The notes beneath the pieces are model-generated. The model saw nothing but the letters and a program-made list of their open reading frames with translations, was not told where the DNA came from and did not search any database. 64,000 nt of DNA from Rhodanobacteraceae bacterium (lineage in GTDB: Bacteria > Pseudomonadota > Gammaproteobacteria > Xanthomonadales > SZUA-5), in contig JACKOW010000005.1 of the NCBI GenBank assembly GCA_024234055.1, positions 186,667-250,666 on the forward strand, in the 5' to 3' direction. This document shows, piece after piece, positions 46,593 to 55,900 of this stretch (position 1 is the stretch's first letter; the number at the start of each line of letters is the position of its first letter). Position numbers and translations under genes: made by a program.

Positions 46593-48791
46593 ATGCCCCA
46601 GAGCCAGGACTTGAAACCGTTGCGCGTACGCGTGGCGGTGCCGGTGCCTCTGCCGCGGCTGTTCGATTATTCCCATGTCGATGCCGAGACCGGCCTGACG
46701 CTGCAGCCTGGTCTGAGGGTGCTGGTGGAGTTCGGGCGCCGACGGCTGATCGGCCTGATCATCGAGGTGACCAGCGGCTCCGTCGACGGCCTGAAACCAC
46801 TGCTGGCAGTGCTGGACACCGAGCCCCTGGCTGACCCGGCGCTGTGGACGGTGTTTCCGCGCGTGGCCCGCTACTACCTGGCGCCACTCGGGGAGACGCT
46901 GGCCACGGCTCTGCCGGTCGGCCTGCGGCGCAACACGCCGATGTCGCAACCGGAACGGCTGCTTTATGTGCTCAGCGCCGAAGGTCGGGCCAGGGCCGCT
47001 CCGCTCCGCGGGGTGGCCAGACAGCGCCTGTGGCAACGTCTGCAGCAGTCGCCGGCCAGTCAGACCGATCTGGCGCAGGCGCACGCTCGCTGGCGCCCGC
47101 TGGTGGATACCTGGATCGAGGCCGGCTGGGTCGAAGCACTGCCGCTGTCGCCCTATGCACCGCCACCGATACTGGCGCCGTCGCCGCAGTTGTCGGCTGA
47201 ACAGGAGAGCGTGCTGACCGAGATCCGCGCCGGCGCAGGCCGCTTTGGCGTGTACCTGCTCGACGGCGTGACTGGCAGCGGCAAGACCGAGGTCTACCTG
47301 CGGCTGATCGCCGATGCCCTGGCCCGCGGCCAGCAGGCCTTGCTGCTGGTGCCCGAGATCGGACTGACACCGCAACTGGTGGCGCGCGTGCGCGAACGCC
47401 TGCCTGGGCGCGTAGCCGCACTACATTCGGAGCTGTCCGAGGGCGAGCGGGTGGAGGCCTTTCTGGCTGCCGCCAAGGGCGAGATCGATGTCGTCATCGG
47501 TACTCGCTCCGCCGTATGGACACCCTTGCCGCGACTGGCTCTGGTGCTGGTCGACGAGGAACACGACGCCTCGTACAAGCAGCAGGATGGCATCCGTTAT
47601 CACGCCCGCGACGTGGCCCTGCTGCGGGCCCAGGGTGTGGCTGCCACGGTGGTGCTGGGCAGCGCCACACCCAGTCTGGAGAGCTTGCGCAATGTGGATC
47701 TGGGCCGCTATCAGCGACTGTTGATGCGCAGCCGCATCGGCGCCGCCCGGCAACCGCGCTGGCGGGTGGTCGATCTGCGCGGACAGCGGCTGAAGGACGG
47801 CCTGGCACCGGCGACCCTGGGCGTCATCGACGAGCATCTGCGTGCGGGCGGCCAGGTGCTGGTGTTCAAGAACCGTCGTGGTTTTGCGCCAGCGCTGCTC
47901 TGCCACGATTGCGGCTGGCACGCCGAATGCCCGGACTGCGATATCGCCCTGACCTTTCACCGCGGCGTGGCCTGGCTGCGCTGCCATCAGTGTGGCCATC
48001 AGCAGCGGCCACCGGACTCTTGCCCGGTGTGCCAGAGCCTGGCGCTGGTGCCCCAGGGCGCCGGCACCGAACGCCTGGAAGCAGCGCTTGCACTGGCCTT
48101 TCCGCAAGTTCCGCTGGTGCGACTGGATCGCGATACGACCAGCCGCAAATCCAGTTTTGCCGCGGCCATCGAAGAGCTGTTGCGGGGCGTGCCGACGCTG
48201 ATCGTCGGTACCCAGATGCTGGCCAAGGGCCACCATCTGCCGGCGGTCACGCTGGCAGTCATCGTCGGCGTCGACGAGGGCCTGATGAGCGCCGATTTCC
48301 GCGCCAGCGAGCGCTTGGCCCAGCTGATCGTGCAGGTGGCCGGTCGCGCCGGGCGTGCCGAACGCGCCGGTGAAGTGTTGCTGCAGACCCATCTGCCTGA
48401 ACATCCCTTGCTGCAGACGCTGCTGCGTCAGGGTTATCCCGAATACGCGCGGCTGGCGCTGCAGGAACGCCGGGAAACCGAGTTGCCGCCGGTCGGCTTT
48501 GCCGCGCTGATTCGGGCTGAACATGTCGAAGGTGGCAAGGCCGATCGATTCCTGTCCGACCTGCTGGCCGGGTGTCCGCCGGAGAGCCGCGCGGGGGTCG
48601 AGATTTCCGGCCCCTTGCCGGCACCGCAGCCGCGCCGGCAAGGGCGGTGGCGCTTTCAGCTGGTGGCGATGGCCGGCGAGCGCGGGCCCCTGCATGCCTT
48701 TCTGAGCGTTGCGGTGGAACAGGCCTACGCCCAGGCCCGCGACCACAAGCTGCGCTGGAGCGTGGATGTGGATCCGCTGGACTTTGGCTGA
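46593..48791 (+). CDS. priA: primosomal protein N' (replication-restart helicase)
   Basis: LLDGVTGSGKTEVY (Walker A), LVDEEHD (DExH), and a Cys-rich zinc-binding region (CHDCGWHAECPDCDIALTFH...CHQCGH...CPVC). 732 aa. Confidence 0.95.
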   Translation: MPQSQDLKPLRVRVAVPVPLPRLFDYSHVDAETGLTLQPGLRVLVEFGRRRLIGLIIEVTSGSVDGLKPLLAVLDTEPLADPALWTVFPRVARYYLAPLGETLATALPVGLRRNTPMSQPERLLYVLSAEGRARAAPLRGVARQRLWQRLQQSPASQTDLAQAHARWRPLVDTWIEAGWVEALPLSPYAPPPILAPSPQLSAEQESVLTEIRAGAGRFGVYLLDGVTGSGKTEVYLRLIADALARGQQALLLVPEIGLTPQLVARVRERLPGRVAALHSELSEGERVEAFLAAAKGEIDVVIGTRSAVWTPLPRLALVLVDEEHDASYKQQDGIRYHARDVALLRAQGVAATVVLGSATPSLESLRNVDLGRYQRLLMRSRIGAARQPRWRVVDLRGQRLKDGLAPATLGVIDEHLRAGGQVLVFKNRRGFAPALLCHDCGWHAECPDCDIALTFHRGVAWLRCHQCGHQQRPPDSCPVCQSLALVPQGAGTERLEAALALAFPQVPLVRLDRDTTSRKSSFAAAIEELLRGVPTLIVGTQMLAKGHHLPAVTLAVIVGVDEGLMSADFRASERLAQLIVQVAGRAGRAERAGEVLLQTHLPEHPLLQTLLRQGYPEYARLALQERRETELPPVGFAALIRAEHVEGGKADRFLSDLLAGCPPESRAGVEISGPLPAPQPRRQGRWRFQLVAMAGERGPLHAFLSVAVEQAYAQARDHKLRWSVDVDPLDFG

Positions 48792-48900
48792 GGCACAGTC
48801 CGCAATCTCTGCAACAGAGTATTTCGTTACGCTGTGTCACACGGGTATGCTGGCGCCGTCGTCCCGTGCTCTCGGGATCTTTCCCAAAGGAGAATTGACC

Positions 48901-49542
48901 ATGCGCCTGCCCCCACTGTTCCTGATGTCCGCCCTGGCATTTGCCGCACCGCTGCCGGCTCAGATGAGTCTCCAGCAGTCCTCTGACCAGACCGTCGTCA
49001 TGAATGCCGACAAGGCCGGGCTGGTCGAAATGCTCTCGACCAATGCCGTCGCTGCTGCCGACTGGCCATGGCAGATTGCCGAAAACCAGAGCGGCGAGTT
49101 TCCGTGGCAGATCAATCGGGGCGGCGACAAGGACTGGCCCTGGCAGACGCCAACCACGCAGCGCGTAGAGATTTCCGCTGCACAGCTCTACTGGCTGTCG
49201 CCGTCCAGCCAGGATCGCTCGGTTCGCGGCGGCGTCTACGCCGAACTGCGCGGCCAGGCCAGCGTGGCCAATCCGCGCATCCGCCTGAGCGGTGACTTCG
49301 CCAGCATGTATCCAGCCCTAGGCGACTTCATCTGGCAGGGTCCGGTGACGGTGACGCCGTTGGCAGGTCAGGGCTACAACAAGCAGCTCTTCGACATCGG
49401 CTGCGCCGGTGGCTACCTGATCGTCAATCGCATCAATGTCGGCCGACGCACGCGCTACAGCCCCTATGTCTTCGAGAACATGATGTTCTGGTGCGAGTCC
49501 GGCGACCGCCTGGGCTCTTCGGTGATGTTCCAGGAGCCCTGA
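48901..49542 (+). CDS. secreted hypothetical protein with WPWQ-type Trp repeats
   Basis: ATG at 48901 follows AAGGAGAA. Signal peptide MRLPPLFLMSALAFAAPLPAQ. Three spaced motifs: DWPWQI, EFPWQI, DWPWQT. No family recognised. Confidence 0.6.
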   Translation: MRLPPLFLMSALAFAAPLPAQMSLQQSSDQTVVMNADKAGLVEMLSTNAVAAADWPWQIAENQSGEFPWQINRGGDKDWPWQTPTTQRVEISAAQLYWLSPSSQDRSVRGGVYAELRGQASVANPRIRLSGDFASMYPALGDFIWQGPVTVTPLAGQGYNKQLFDIGCAGGYLIVNRINVGRRTRYSPYVFENMMFWCESGDRLGSSVMFQEP

Positions 49543-49579
49543 GGTCCAAGCGGGCTCACCGTCGTTGAGCTCCAACCTC

Positions 49580-50101
49580 TCAGGGCACGGCGGGAGCCCG
49601 CGGTTTTCGACCCAGGAACTGATAGACACCCCGGTCTTCCAGGTGCTCGAAGCCGAGTCGCCGGTAGAGCTTGCAGGCCGGGTTGTCGGCCTCGACGTGC
49701 AGCGTGATCGTGGTGCGAGCGAGGTCCGCCTCCTCGATCAATTCGGCCAGCAGCGCCGAGCCGATGCCCTGGTGCTGGCGCTCACTCACCAGGGCAATAT
49801 CCATCAAGCGGATCTCGCCCGGTGAGCGGTACACGTAGATGCGCCCTATCGGATGTCCCGCCAGCTCGACCAGCAGACGATCAGCCCCGGGATAATGCTT
49901 TTCATAATGGGCGTGCTGCAGCTCGAACTGATCGCGCAAAAAGCGGCGCTTCTGCTCCTCGCTCCAAGGCACGGGCGCAAGCTCCAGCGCCCGCCCGGCG
50001 GCATACAGCTCGGCCAGAAATTCGTGATCGGCAGGGCCGATGGCACGCAGAGTCAGGCCAGCAGGTCGAGCTGCATGCGAAGGGGTTTGGAAGGCCCTCA
50101 A
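49580..50101 (-). CDS. GNAT-family N-acetyltransferase
   Basis: RQHQGIGSALL (acetyl-CoA Q/RxxGxG/A motif) and LYRRLGF. 173 aa. Lies 9 nt downstream of the preceding gene. Confidence 0.8.
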   Translation of the reverse strand: MRAFQTPSHAARPAGLTLRAIGPADHEFLAELYAAGRALELAPVPWSEEQKRRFLRDQFELQHAHYEKHYPGADRLLVELAGHPIGRIYVYRSPGEIRLMDIALVSERQHQGIGSALLAELIEEADLARTTITLHVEADNPACKLYRRLGFEHLEDRGVYQFLGRKPRAPAVP

Positions 50102-50110
50102 GCGCCGGCC

Positions 50111-50701
50111 TCAGCTGGTGCGGATCAGCAAGGTCTCGAAATCGCGGCGTTCCCCGCTGACCAGTCTCATTTCCCTCTTGATCGGGTCATAACGCAGCTG
50201 ATCAATCGACGGCGGCGCCGCCGTGGAACGCCTGGGCGTGACCAAGGCCAGCAGCCCGTTCGCCGGTAGCGAACTGCTCAGGGTACGCGCCATGCCGCGT
50301 TCATCAAGCACGGTGACTACCGCGTTCTTGCCCAGCGAGGAATCAAATTCCATGCGCAGATTGCCGGCCGCAGAGATCAGTCCCTGACCGAGACGACGTG
50401 CTTGCCAGGCATAGATCGTACGAAGCCCAGTCAAGGGATCGACCAACTGGATATCAAAATCCAGGCGGCTGACGCCGGAGGACAGCTCGGCGGGCAGGAA
50501 ACCGATCACTTCCACGCGATTGGCCACTCGAGTACCGGAATACGGGCTGAGTTCCACCGGCAACAGGGCGGCCGCCACGCGACTGTCTCCCAGCGGGAGG
50601 GCGCGTGTGTTCTGGGTCAGGGCGATCACGGGATCTCTCGCCCATGCCACCGCTCCGGCCGCAGCCAAGCTGCCCGCCACCAGGATATGCCTGCGTTTCA
50701 T
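50111..50701 (-). CDS. hypothetical exported protein with twin-arginine-like signal
   Basis: MKRRHILVAGSLAAAGAVAWA has an RR-type n-region plus an AxA site. No family recognised. Confidence 0.55.
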   Translation of the reverse strand: MKRRHILVAGSLAAAGAVAWARDPVIALTQNTRALPLGDSRVAAALLPVELSPYSGTRVANRVEVIGFLPAELSSGVSRLDFDIQLVDPLTGLRTIYAWQARRLGQGLISAAGNLRMEFDSSLGKNAVVTVLDERGMARTLSSSLPANGLLALVTPRRSTAAPPSIDQLRYDPIKREMRLVSGERRDFETLLIRTS

Positions 50702-50899
50702 GGTCTTCCCCCGTCGTACGTTGAGTCAGTGGGCAGCAAAACTCGCTCGCCTCGACAGCCCTGACAGAGTCGCAGACTGCGCTCGCCGGGAACTGCCGGT
50801 CAATGAATTCTATCGCCAACTGTGAGAATCATCGTATCGGCATCGATTCTGTTATCGTTTTCAGCCTTCACCGCGACTGCATGGATGAAGCACCGAAAC

Positions 50900-51202
50900 A
50901 TGAGCGATGATCCCTTGCTGGACCTGAGGCCTGCGCACTTTGAAGCGTGGGTGGGCAAACAACTGCCGATCGACTTCGGCCCGGGCGCGATCTCTGCGAC
51001 CATCACTGAAGTGCGCGCCATCGGCGGCTACACATCCAGACCCGGCGGAGGATTCTCGGTGACGCTGACGGCCAATGTCGGTGCCCAACCACAGCAAGGC
51101 ACATTCAGCGTGCAGCTTCCAGAGTTTGGGAGCCTGGGTCTGTTCATGTCACCGCGAAAACGAATCGCCGATCTGACCGAGTACGAAATCGTCTTCAATT
51201 GA
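50900..51202 (+). CDS. small hypothetical protein (~100 aa) convergent with the tail-collar operon; resembles the family I recall as DUF6916
   Basis: MSDDPLLDLRPAHFEAWVGKQL...GGFSVTLTA...QGTFSVQLPEFGSLGLFMSP...TEYEIVFN. The ...QGT(Y/F)...LF(L/M)xP...YE(A/I)VFN ending matches a small family I remember next to tail-collar genes. Unverified. Confidence 0.5.
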   Translation: MSDDPLLDLRPAHFEAWVGKQLPIDFGPGAISATITEVRAIGGYTSRPGGGFSVTLTANVGAQPQQGTFSVQLPEFGSLGLFMSPRKRIADLTEYEIVFN

Positions 51203-51291
51203 GCGGGACGCTGGTCTGGGATCCAGGTATTCCGACTCCTCGCGGGCTACCGAGTTCGTCCGGCGGGAAGATGGCAAAGCTGGTATGGCGC

Positions 51292-51316
51292 GGCAGCCGG
51301 GCTTTGCCCGGCTGCC
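51292..51316. terminator. GC-rich hairpin between convergent genes (possible bidirectional terminator)
   Basis: GGCAGCCGGGC TTT GCCCGGCTGCC: an 11-bp perfect stem with a 3-nt loop. No clear U-tract on either strand. Confidence 0.45.
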
Positions 51317-51324
51317 TCCCGTCC

Positions 51325-51843
51325 TCAAGTCCGAGGCGGGAAAACGCCCTGGAGGGCGATGCAGAAGTACAACGTCAGGTAGGGCTGCATGTTGTTGTGC
51401 GGTTGGTCCCCGCCAGCCGGACTGAGTGCGAGATCCGACATCGCGGTGACGGGGCCTGGCGTCATGTACGGTGTGGCACCGATGGCTCTTGCGAAAGCCG
51501 TGCCTGCCGGAGTCTGGGCGTCACCGGGTACCACCTGCGCCATCAGCCCGTGACCATGCGCAGGCATTTCGCTTTCCAGCAGCGATACCGTTTGGCTGCC
51601 GCCCGTCTCACCAAGATCATGCAAGGACAGTCCAGGACCCTGGCCCCAGAACATGGGAGCCCGTCCCTGCAGATCTGGCAATGCGAAATTGCTCTTGCCA
51701 TTGCCGCCGTAGGTGGTGCCAAGCAGCGAGAACAGCGCCGTGTTTTGACTCAGCGGCAGCAGCTGACCGTTGCACCATGCCCAGCCCCTGGGGGCGAAGT
51801 TGAAGGGAAAAATCCGAATCTCTGCAACAAATGGATCGGCCAT
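51325..51843 (-). CDS. stand-alone phage-tail-collar-domain protein, paralogue C
   Basis: MADPFVAEIRIFPFNFAPRGWAWCNGQLLPLSQNTALFSLLGTTYGG..FALPDLQGR; MPAHGHG (HxH); GGDQPHNNMQPYLTL. RBS GAGGG is fused to the upstream stop (TGAGGGCACCATCATG). Confidence 0.85.
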   Translation of the reverse strand: MADPFVAEIRIFPFNFAPRGWAWCNGQLLPLSQNTALFSLLGTTYGGNGKSNFALPDLQGRAPMFWGQGPGLSLHDLGETGGSQTVSLLESEMPAHGHGLMAQVVPGDAQTPAGTAFARAIGATPYMTPGPVTAMSDLALSPAGGDQPHNNMQPYLTLYFCIALQGVFPPRT

Positions 51844-51853
51844 GATGGTGCCC

Positions 51854-52357
51854 TCAGGTTGGACTCGGGAAGATGCCGTACAGCGAGATAATGAAACTCA
51901 CGCAGAGATAAGGCTGCATGTTGTTGTGCGGCTGACTCCCGCCCACGGAACTGATCGAGGTTGCGGCCATGGGTGCGGACGGCGGATTCGACTGGTAGAA
52001 ATCGAAACTCGTCGTCTGCGCAGGAACCTTTCCGGTAGGACCGGTATCGGTTGCCAGTCCGATCGAACCCAACAGGGGATGGGTGTGCGCGGCCATCTGT
52101 GCACTGGTCAGCGTGACTTCCTCCACGCCCCCACGTTCGGCAAGCACGAAGCCATTGCCGAAATGCAGCGGCACCCGGCCACGCAGATCGGGCAAGCCAA
52201 AAGTATTCTGACCGTCGCCACCGTAGGTGGTGCCGATCAGATTGAACAGCGTTTCGTTCTCGGAAATGGGCAGTAATTGCCCGGCGCAGAACATCCATCC
52301 GGCGGGCGCAAAATTGCCGGCGAACATCCGAATTTCCCCCACATAGGGCTGTGCCAT
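51854..52357 (-). CDS. stand-alone phage-tail-collar-domain protein, paralogue B
   Basis: MAQPYVGEIRMFAGNFAPAGWMFCAGQLLPISENETLFNLIGTTYGG..FGLPDLRGR; MAAHTHP; GGSQPHNNMQPYLCV. RBS AAGGAG is fused to the upstream stop (TGAAGGAGATAGTCATG). Confidence 0.85.
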   Translation of the reverse strand: MAQPYVGEIRMFAGNFAPAGWMFCAGQLLPISENETLFNLIGTTYGGDGQNTFGLPDLRGRVPLHFGNGFVLAERGGVEEVTLTSAQMAAHTHPLLGSIGLATDTGPTGKVPAQTTSFDFYQSNPPSAPMAATSISSVGGSQPHNNMQPYLCVSFIISLYGIFPSPT

Positions 52358-52368
52358 GACTATCTCCT

Positions 52369-52869
52369 TCAGGTCGGGGACGGAAAGATGCCCTGCAGGG
52401 CGATCGAGAAGTTCAGCGTCAGGAAAGGCATCATGTTCTGATGCGCCTGGCTGCCGCCCGCATTGGCCACTGTGCCCGCATTCATCGGCTGCAACTGGTC
52501 GGCGTTGCGATAGGTCGGAAGATTGCTCGGTGCCAGCATATTGTTGGCTGGTATCAGCTGAGTGCCGGCGGTGCTGGTGGCATTCAACACGTGGGTATGC
52601 GTCGGCATCTCGGCGATGCTCAGCGTATGCGCCTGTTCGCCGCCTCGCTCACCCAGCGTAAACGAGGATCCCACCTCGATGGGCACCCGCCCACGCAGAT
52701 CAGGCAGGGCGAAGTTCACCCGGCCATCCCCGCCGAAGGTGGTGCCCAGCAGTGAGAACAGGGCCTGATTCTGGTTGATCGGTAACAACTGACCGTTGCA
52801 CAACGCCCAACCCTTGGGCGCGAATCCGAAACTGAACACGCGAATTTCGGACAAAAAAGGCTCAGCCAT
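52369..52869 (-). CDS. stand-alone phage-tail-collar-domain protein, paralogue A
   Basis: MAEPFLSEIRVFSFGFAPKGWALCNGQLLPINQNQALFSLLGTTFGG..FALPDLRGR; MPTHTHV; GGSQAHQNMMPFLTL. AGGAG RBS. 73 nt downstream of the giant gene. Confidence 0.85.
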   Translation of the reverse strand: MAEPFLSEIRVFSFGFAPKGWALCNGQLLPINQNQALFSLLGTTFGGDGRVNFALPDLRGRVPIEVGSSFTLGERGGEQAHTLSIAEMPTHTHVLNATSTAGTQLIPANNMLAPSNLPTYRNADQLQPMNAGTVANAGGSQAHQNMMPFLTLNFSIALQGIFPSPT

Positions 52870-52942
52870 GGCTTTGCTCCTGATGTGTACTTGTTCCGAC
52901 GACCCGTGCGGGTCGCCGGCCTTCCCCCCGTGTTGTAGTACC

Positions 52943-55900
52943 TCAGGGCGGCGTGATCAGCGGCCCGGGTATCAGGCTGCAGCCAGCAGAACCGCTGGCG
53001 CTGCCGGTATTGGCATTCTCTGGTGACGTCAGAACCGCCGTGGCGTTGGCATTGGCCGGCGGCGGATCGACGACCTGGCAATCACCGGCCCCACCCTCGT
53101 GGGCGATCAGGAAGGTGGACTGCAAATCGAAGCTCGCCCCGACCGGCACGACATTGTTGCGGAAGTCGTTCCGCGCGCGGTTTCCACCGCCAGCCCCTGT
53201 GATGGCTTGGCTGATGATCGCCGCCAGCGGGAATCCCGAGGTGTCATTGGGGTTGACGTTGCTGTTGAGCACCTGCAGATCGAGCCCGCTGGTTGAAGTA
53301 AACGACGCGCCCGCATCCCGACTGGTTGCGTCGATACCGCGTCCGTTGGGACACTGACGCAGCAGCGTGTTGTCGACAATCACAGCGGAGGACGCGTCGC
53401 GGTTGTGCACCAGCCGGATGCAGTTGCCGATGGCCGAACCCGAGCTAGCCACCGCCTGATCGCCCACGTCCACATTCAGAATTCGACCGCGGTAGGTACC
53501 CACAGCCGTAGCGGCGCCCGGCACGCCGTAGTTGCCATTGAAGCCATGCGAGTTCATGCCGGAAATCCGGCCCGCCGCACCGTTCTGGTTGCGGACGATG
53601 TACTGCATGGAAGCCGGTGCCACCGCCGAAAGGTCGTAGGCGATCTGCGCATTGCGGGTGATGTTGCCATCGAAGATCAGATTGGCCACGCTGGAGCTTC
53701 CGCCGCTGGCCAGCACCTGGACCGGAATCACTCGAATCCCGGTGATGGTATTGCTGGATACGGTACCTCCGGTCAGCGCCGCCGAGCCCGAGAGATCGAT
53801 CAGCAGACCCGAGTTACCGACGGCCGGATCGTTGTTGGTCAATGTGGAGCCACTCATGTTGAAGCTCAACGAGCCGGACGTGTTGGCGATGCGGACGACG
53901 TCGTAGTAGTTCTGATTCAAGGTAGTGTTGGTGATGCTCCAGGCACCGGAAGCCTGGGTCACGTCGATACCACTCTCGTTGACTGCGTTTCCGTTGTTGG
54001 AGACCACCGAAGTGCTCAGAGCGAATCCGTTGATGCCGCTGCCGGCGATACCGTCGTTGCCGCCGCCGCTGACGAACAGCCGCGTGGCGCTGAAGCCCTG
54101 AGTATTGGTCAAGGACACGCCGGCGCTGGTGCTGTTCTGGATAGCGCCGCCGGTACAGGTGCCGGCGCTGGAACACGCGCCACCGTTGCCGGTGATGACC
54201 AGGCCGCCGCTGGCACCCGTGCTGTTCAGCACAATGCCGCTGACCGCACCGTTGCTGCTGGCCGACTGGAAAGTGACGTTGCTGGCCGAGATCGTGGTGT
54301 TAGCAATGTTGATTGCAGCGCCCGTGGTGCTGGTCACGGAGTTACCGCTGCCCTGCACGCTGACCGTGCCGCCGCCGGTGGCGCTGAAACCGGTGCCGGT
54401 GGTGGTAGCGATCGCCAGACCGCCATTGATGAAGTTGATGGTGGCGCCGGTATTGGAGGTCAACGTCACCGCCGCGGAGGCGCCGGTACTCAGCGCCTTG
54501 CTGGCGCCACTGAAACTCACGCTGCCGGCATTTCGATTGAGCACGTCCACACCCGTACAAGTGCCAGTACAGCTCAGATTGCCGCTGAGCGTGACGGTAC
54601 CGCCGGCGGCGCCGCTGATCTGGACCAGCTTGCCCGCATTGGCCTTGGTGATTGTTCCGCCGTAGCTCGTGGTGCCGAGGCTGCCTTGCCCCAGGAAGGC
54701 CGTCCCGGTTGGCGCAGTGATGCTGCCGCCAGCGATGGCGACGGTGCCGGTGAGGTTGTTCAGGTTGACACCCTGGGTCGGGCTGTTGGTCGAACTGGCG
54801 CTGGTCAGCGTCAGGCTGAGAGCGCTGCCCGTGGAATTCAGCGCGGCCCCGCCGGTTGCATTCAGGCTGCCGGCGGTGGTGGTCACGGTGCCGGCGGAAT
54901 TGTCAACGGTCAGGGCTGTGCCTGCGCCTGTGGTCACACTCAGACTGCCCAGGTTGATCGGCGCTGCGTTGGCGTTGAGATTGACACCGGCTCCGGCGCT
55001 GGACTTGTTGACGGTGACACCACCGGTGAAGGTGGCACTGCCGCCCGCCGGCGTGTTGACGATGCTGATCGCGGTGCCGTTGACGTTGCCGATGTTCACC
55101 GCTCCGGTTATCGACCAGGTGCCGCTGACAGCGTCGAGCCCGATGCCCTGCAGGTTGCCGCTGGCGACGTCGACGTCGATGAAGTTACCGTTGAGCGTAC
55201 CGTTGGTCAGACCCAGGGCGCGGCCATCGCCGTTCAGCGTCAGCTCCGCCACGGTCAGGGTGCCGAATGCGGTGCCTGAGATCTTCGTGCCTGTCGCAAT
55301 GGTATCGCCGACGATGAATCCGCGCAGGGTGTTGCCGGTGCCCAGGCTGAGGCAGTTCGCGACAGCGCAGGTGATGGTCGGCGCGTTGCCTCCCAGGGCC
55401 GGGAATGCGCTGCCGGCGATCGGGGTGATGCCGCTGATCGTGGCCAGATCGCTGACCGATCCCTGACCGATCAACCGTTCCCCCGCCTCCAGCAAGATGC
55501 CACCGGTGTACGGATTGGCATCGAAAGCCAGGAAGATCGTGTCATTGGACGAGTCTACTGCGGCTGCGGCGCCGAGGGTCTGGAACGGACGCGCCTGAGT
55601 ACCAATGCCGCCCACTGCCGCAGCAGCGTCGACGAACCAGACCAGTTCGGTGTTCTGCAGCGTGAACACGACATTGGCGGTGTCACCGCCGGTCACGGTG
55701 TAGCAGAAGGTCCGCGTGGCGTTGGCCACTGCCGCTGGCGGCTCGTAACTGAAGCTGCCATTGGCATTCAGCGTCAATCGACCATTGGCAGCACCGGCAT
55801 CAAGCTGGGCGCCGGGCGCAGTGCCGGTGCAGGCCGGGGCGAAACCGAATCCAGTAATCGTGCCGGCACCAAGGACATCGTTGGCAACCACACCACCGCC

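Noticed and set aside
51325-52869. Tail-collar genes as evidence of a prophage or tailocin.
   Set aside because: No other phage structural, replication, lysis or integration genes are present within 64 kb. The flanks are a giant adhesin-like gene and housekeeping genes. The collar genes are treated as a domesticated or non-phage module, pending a look beyond the window.
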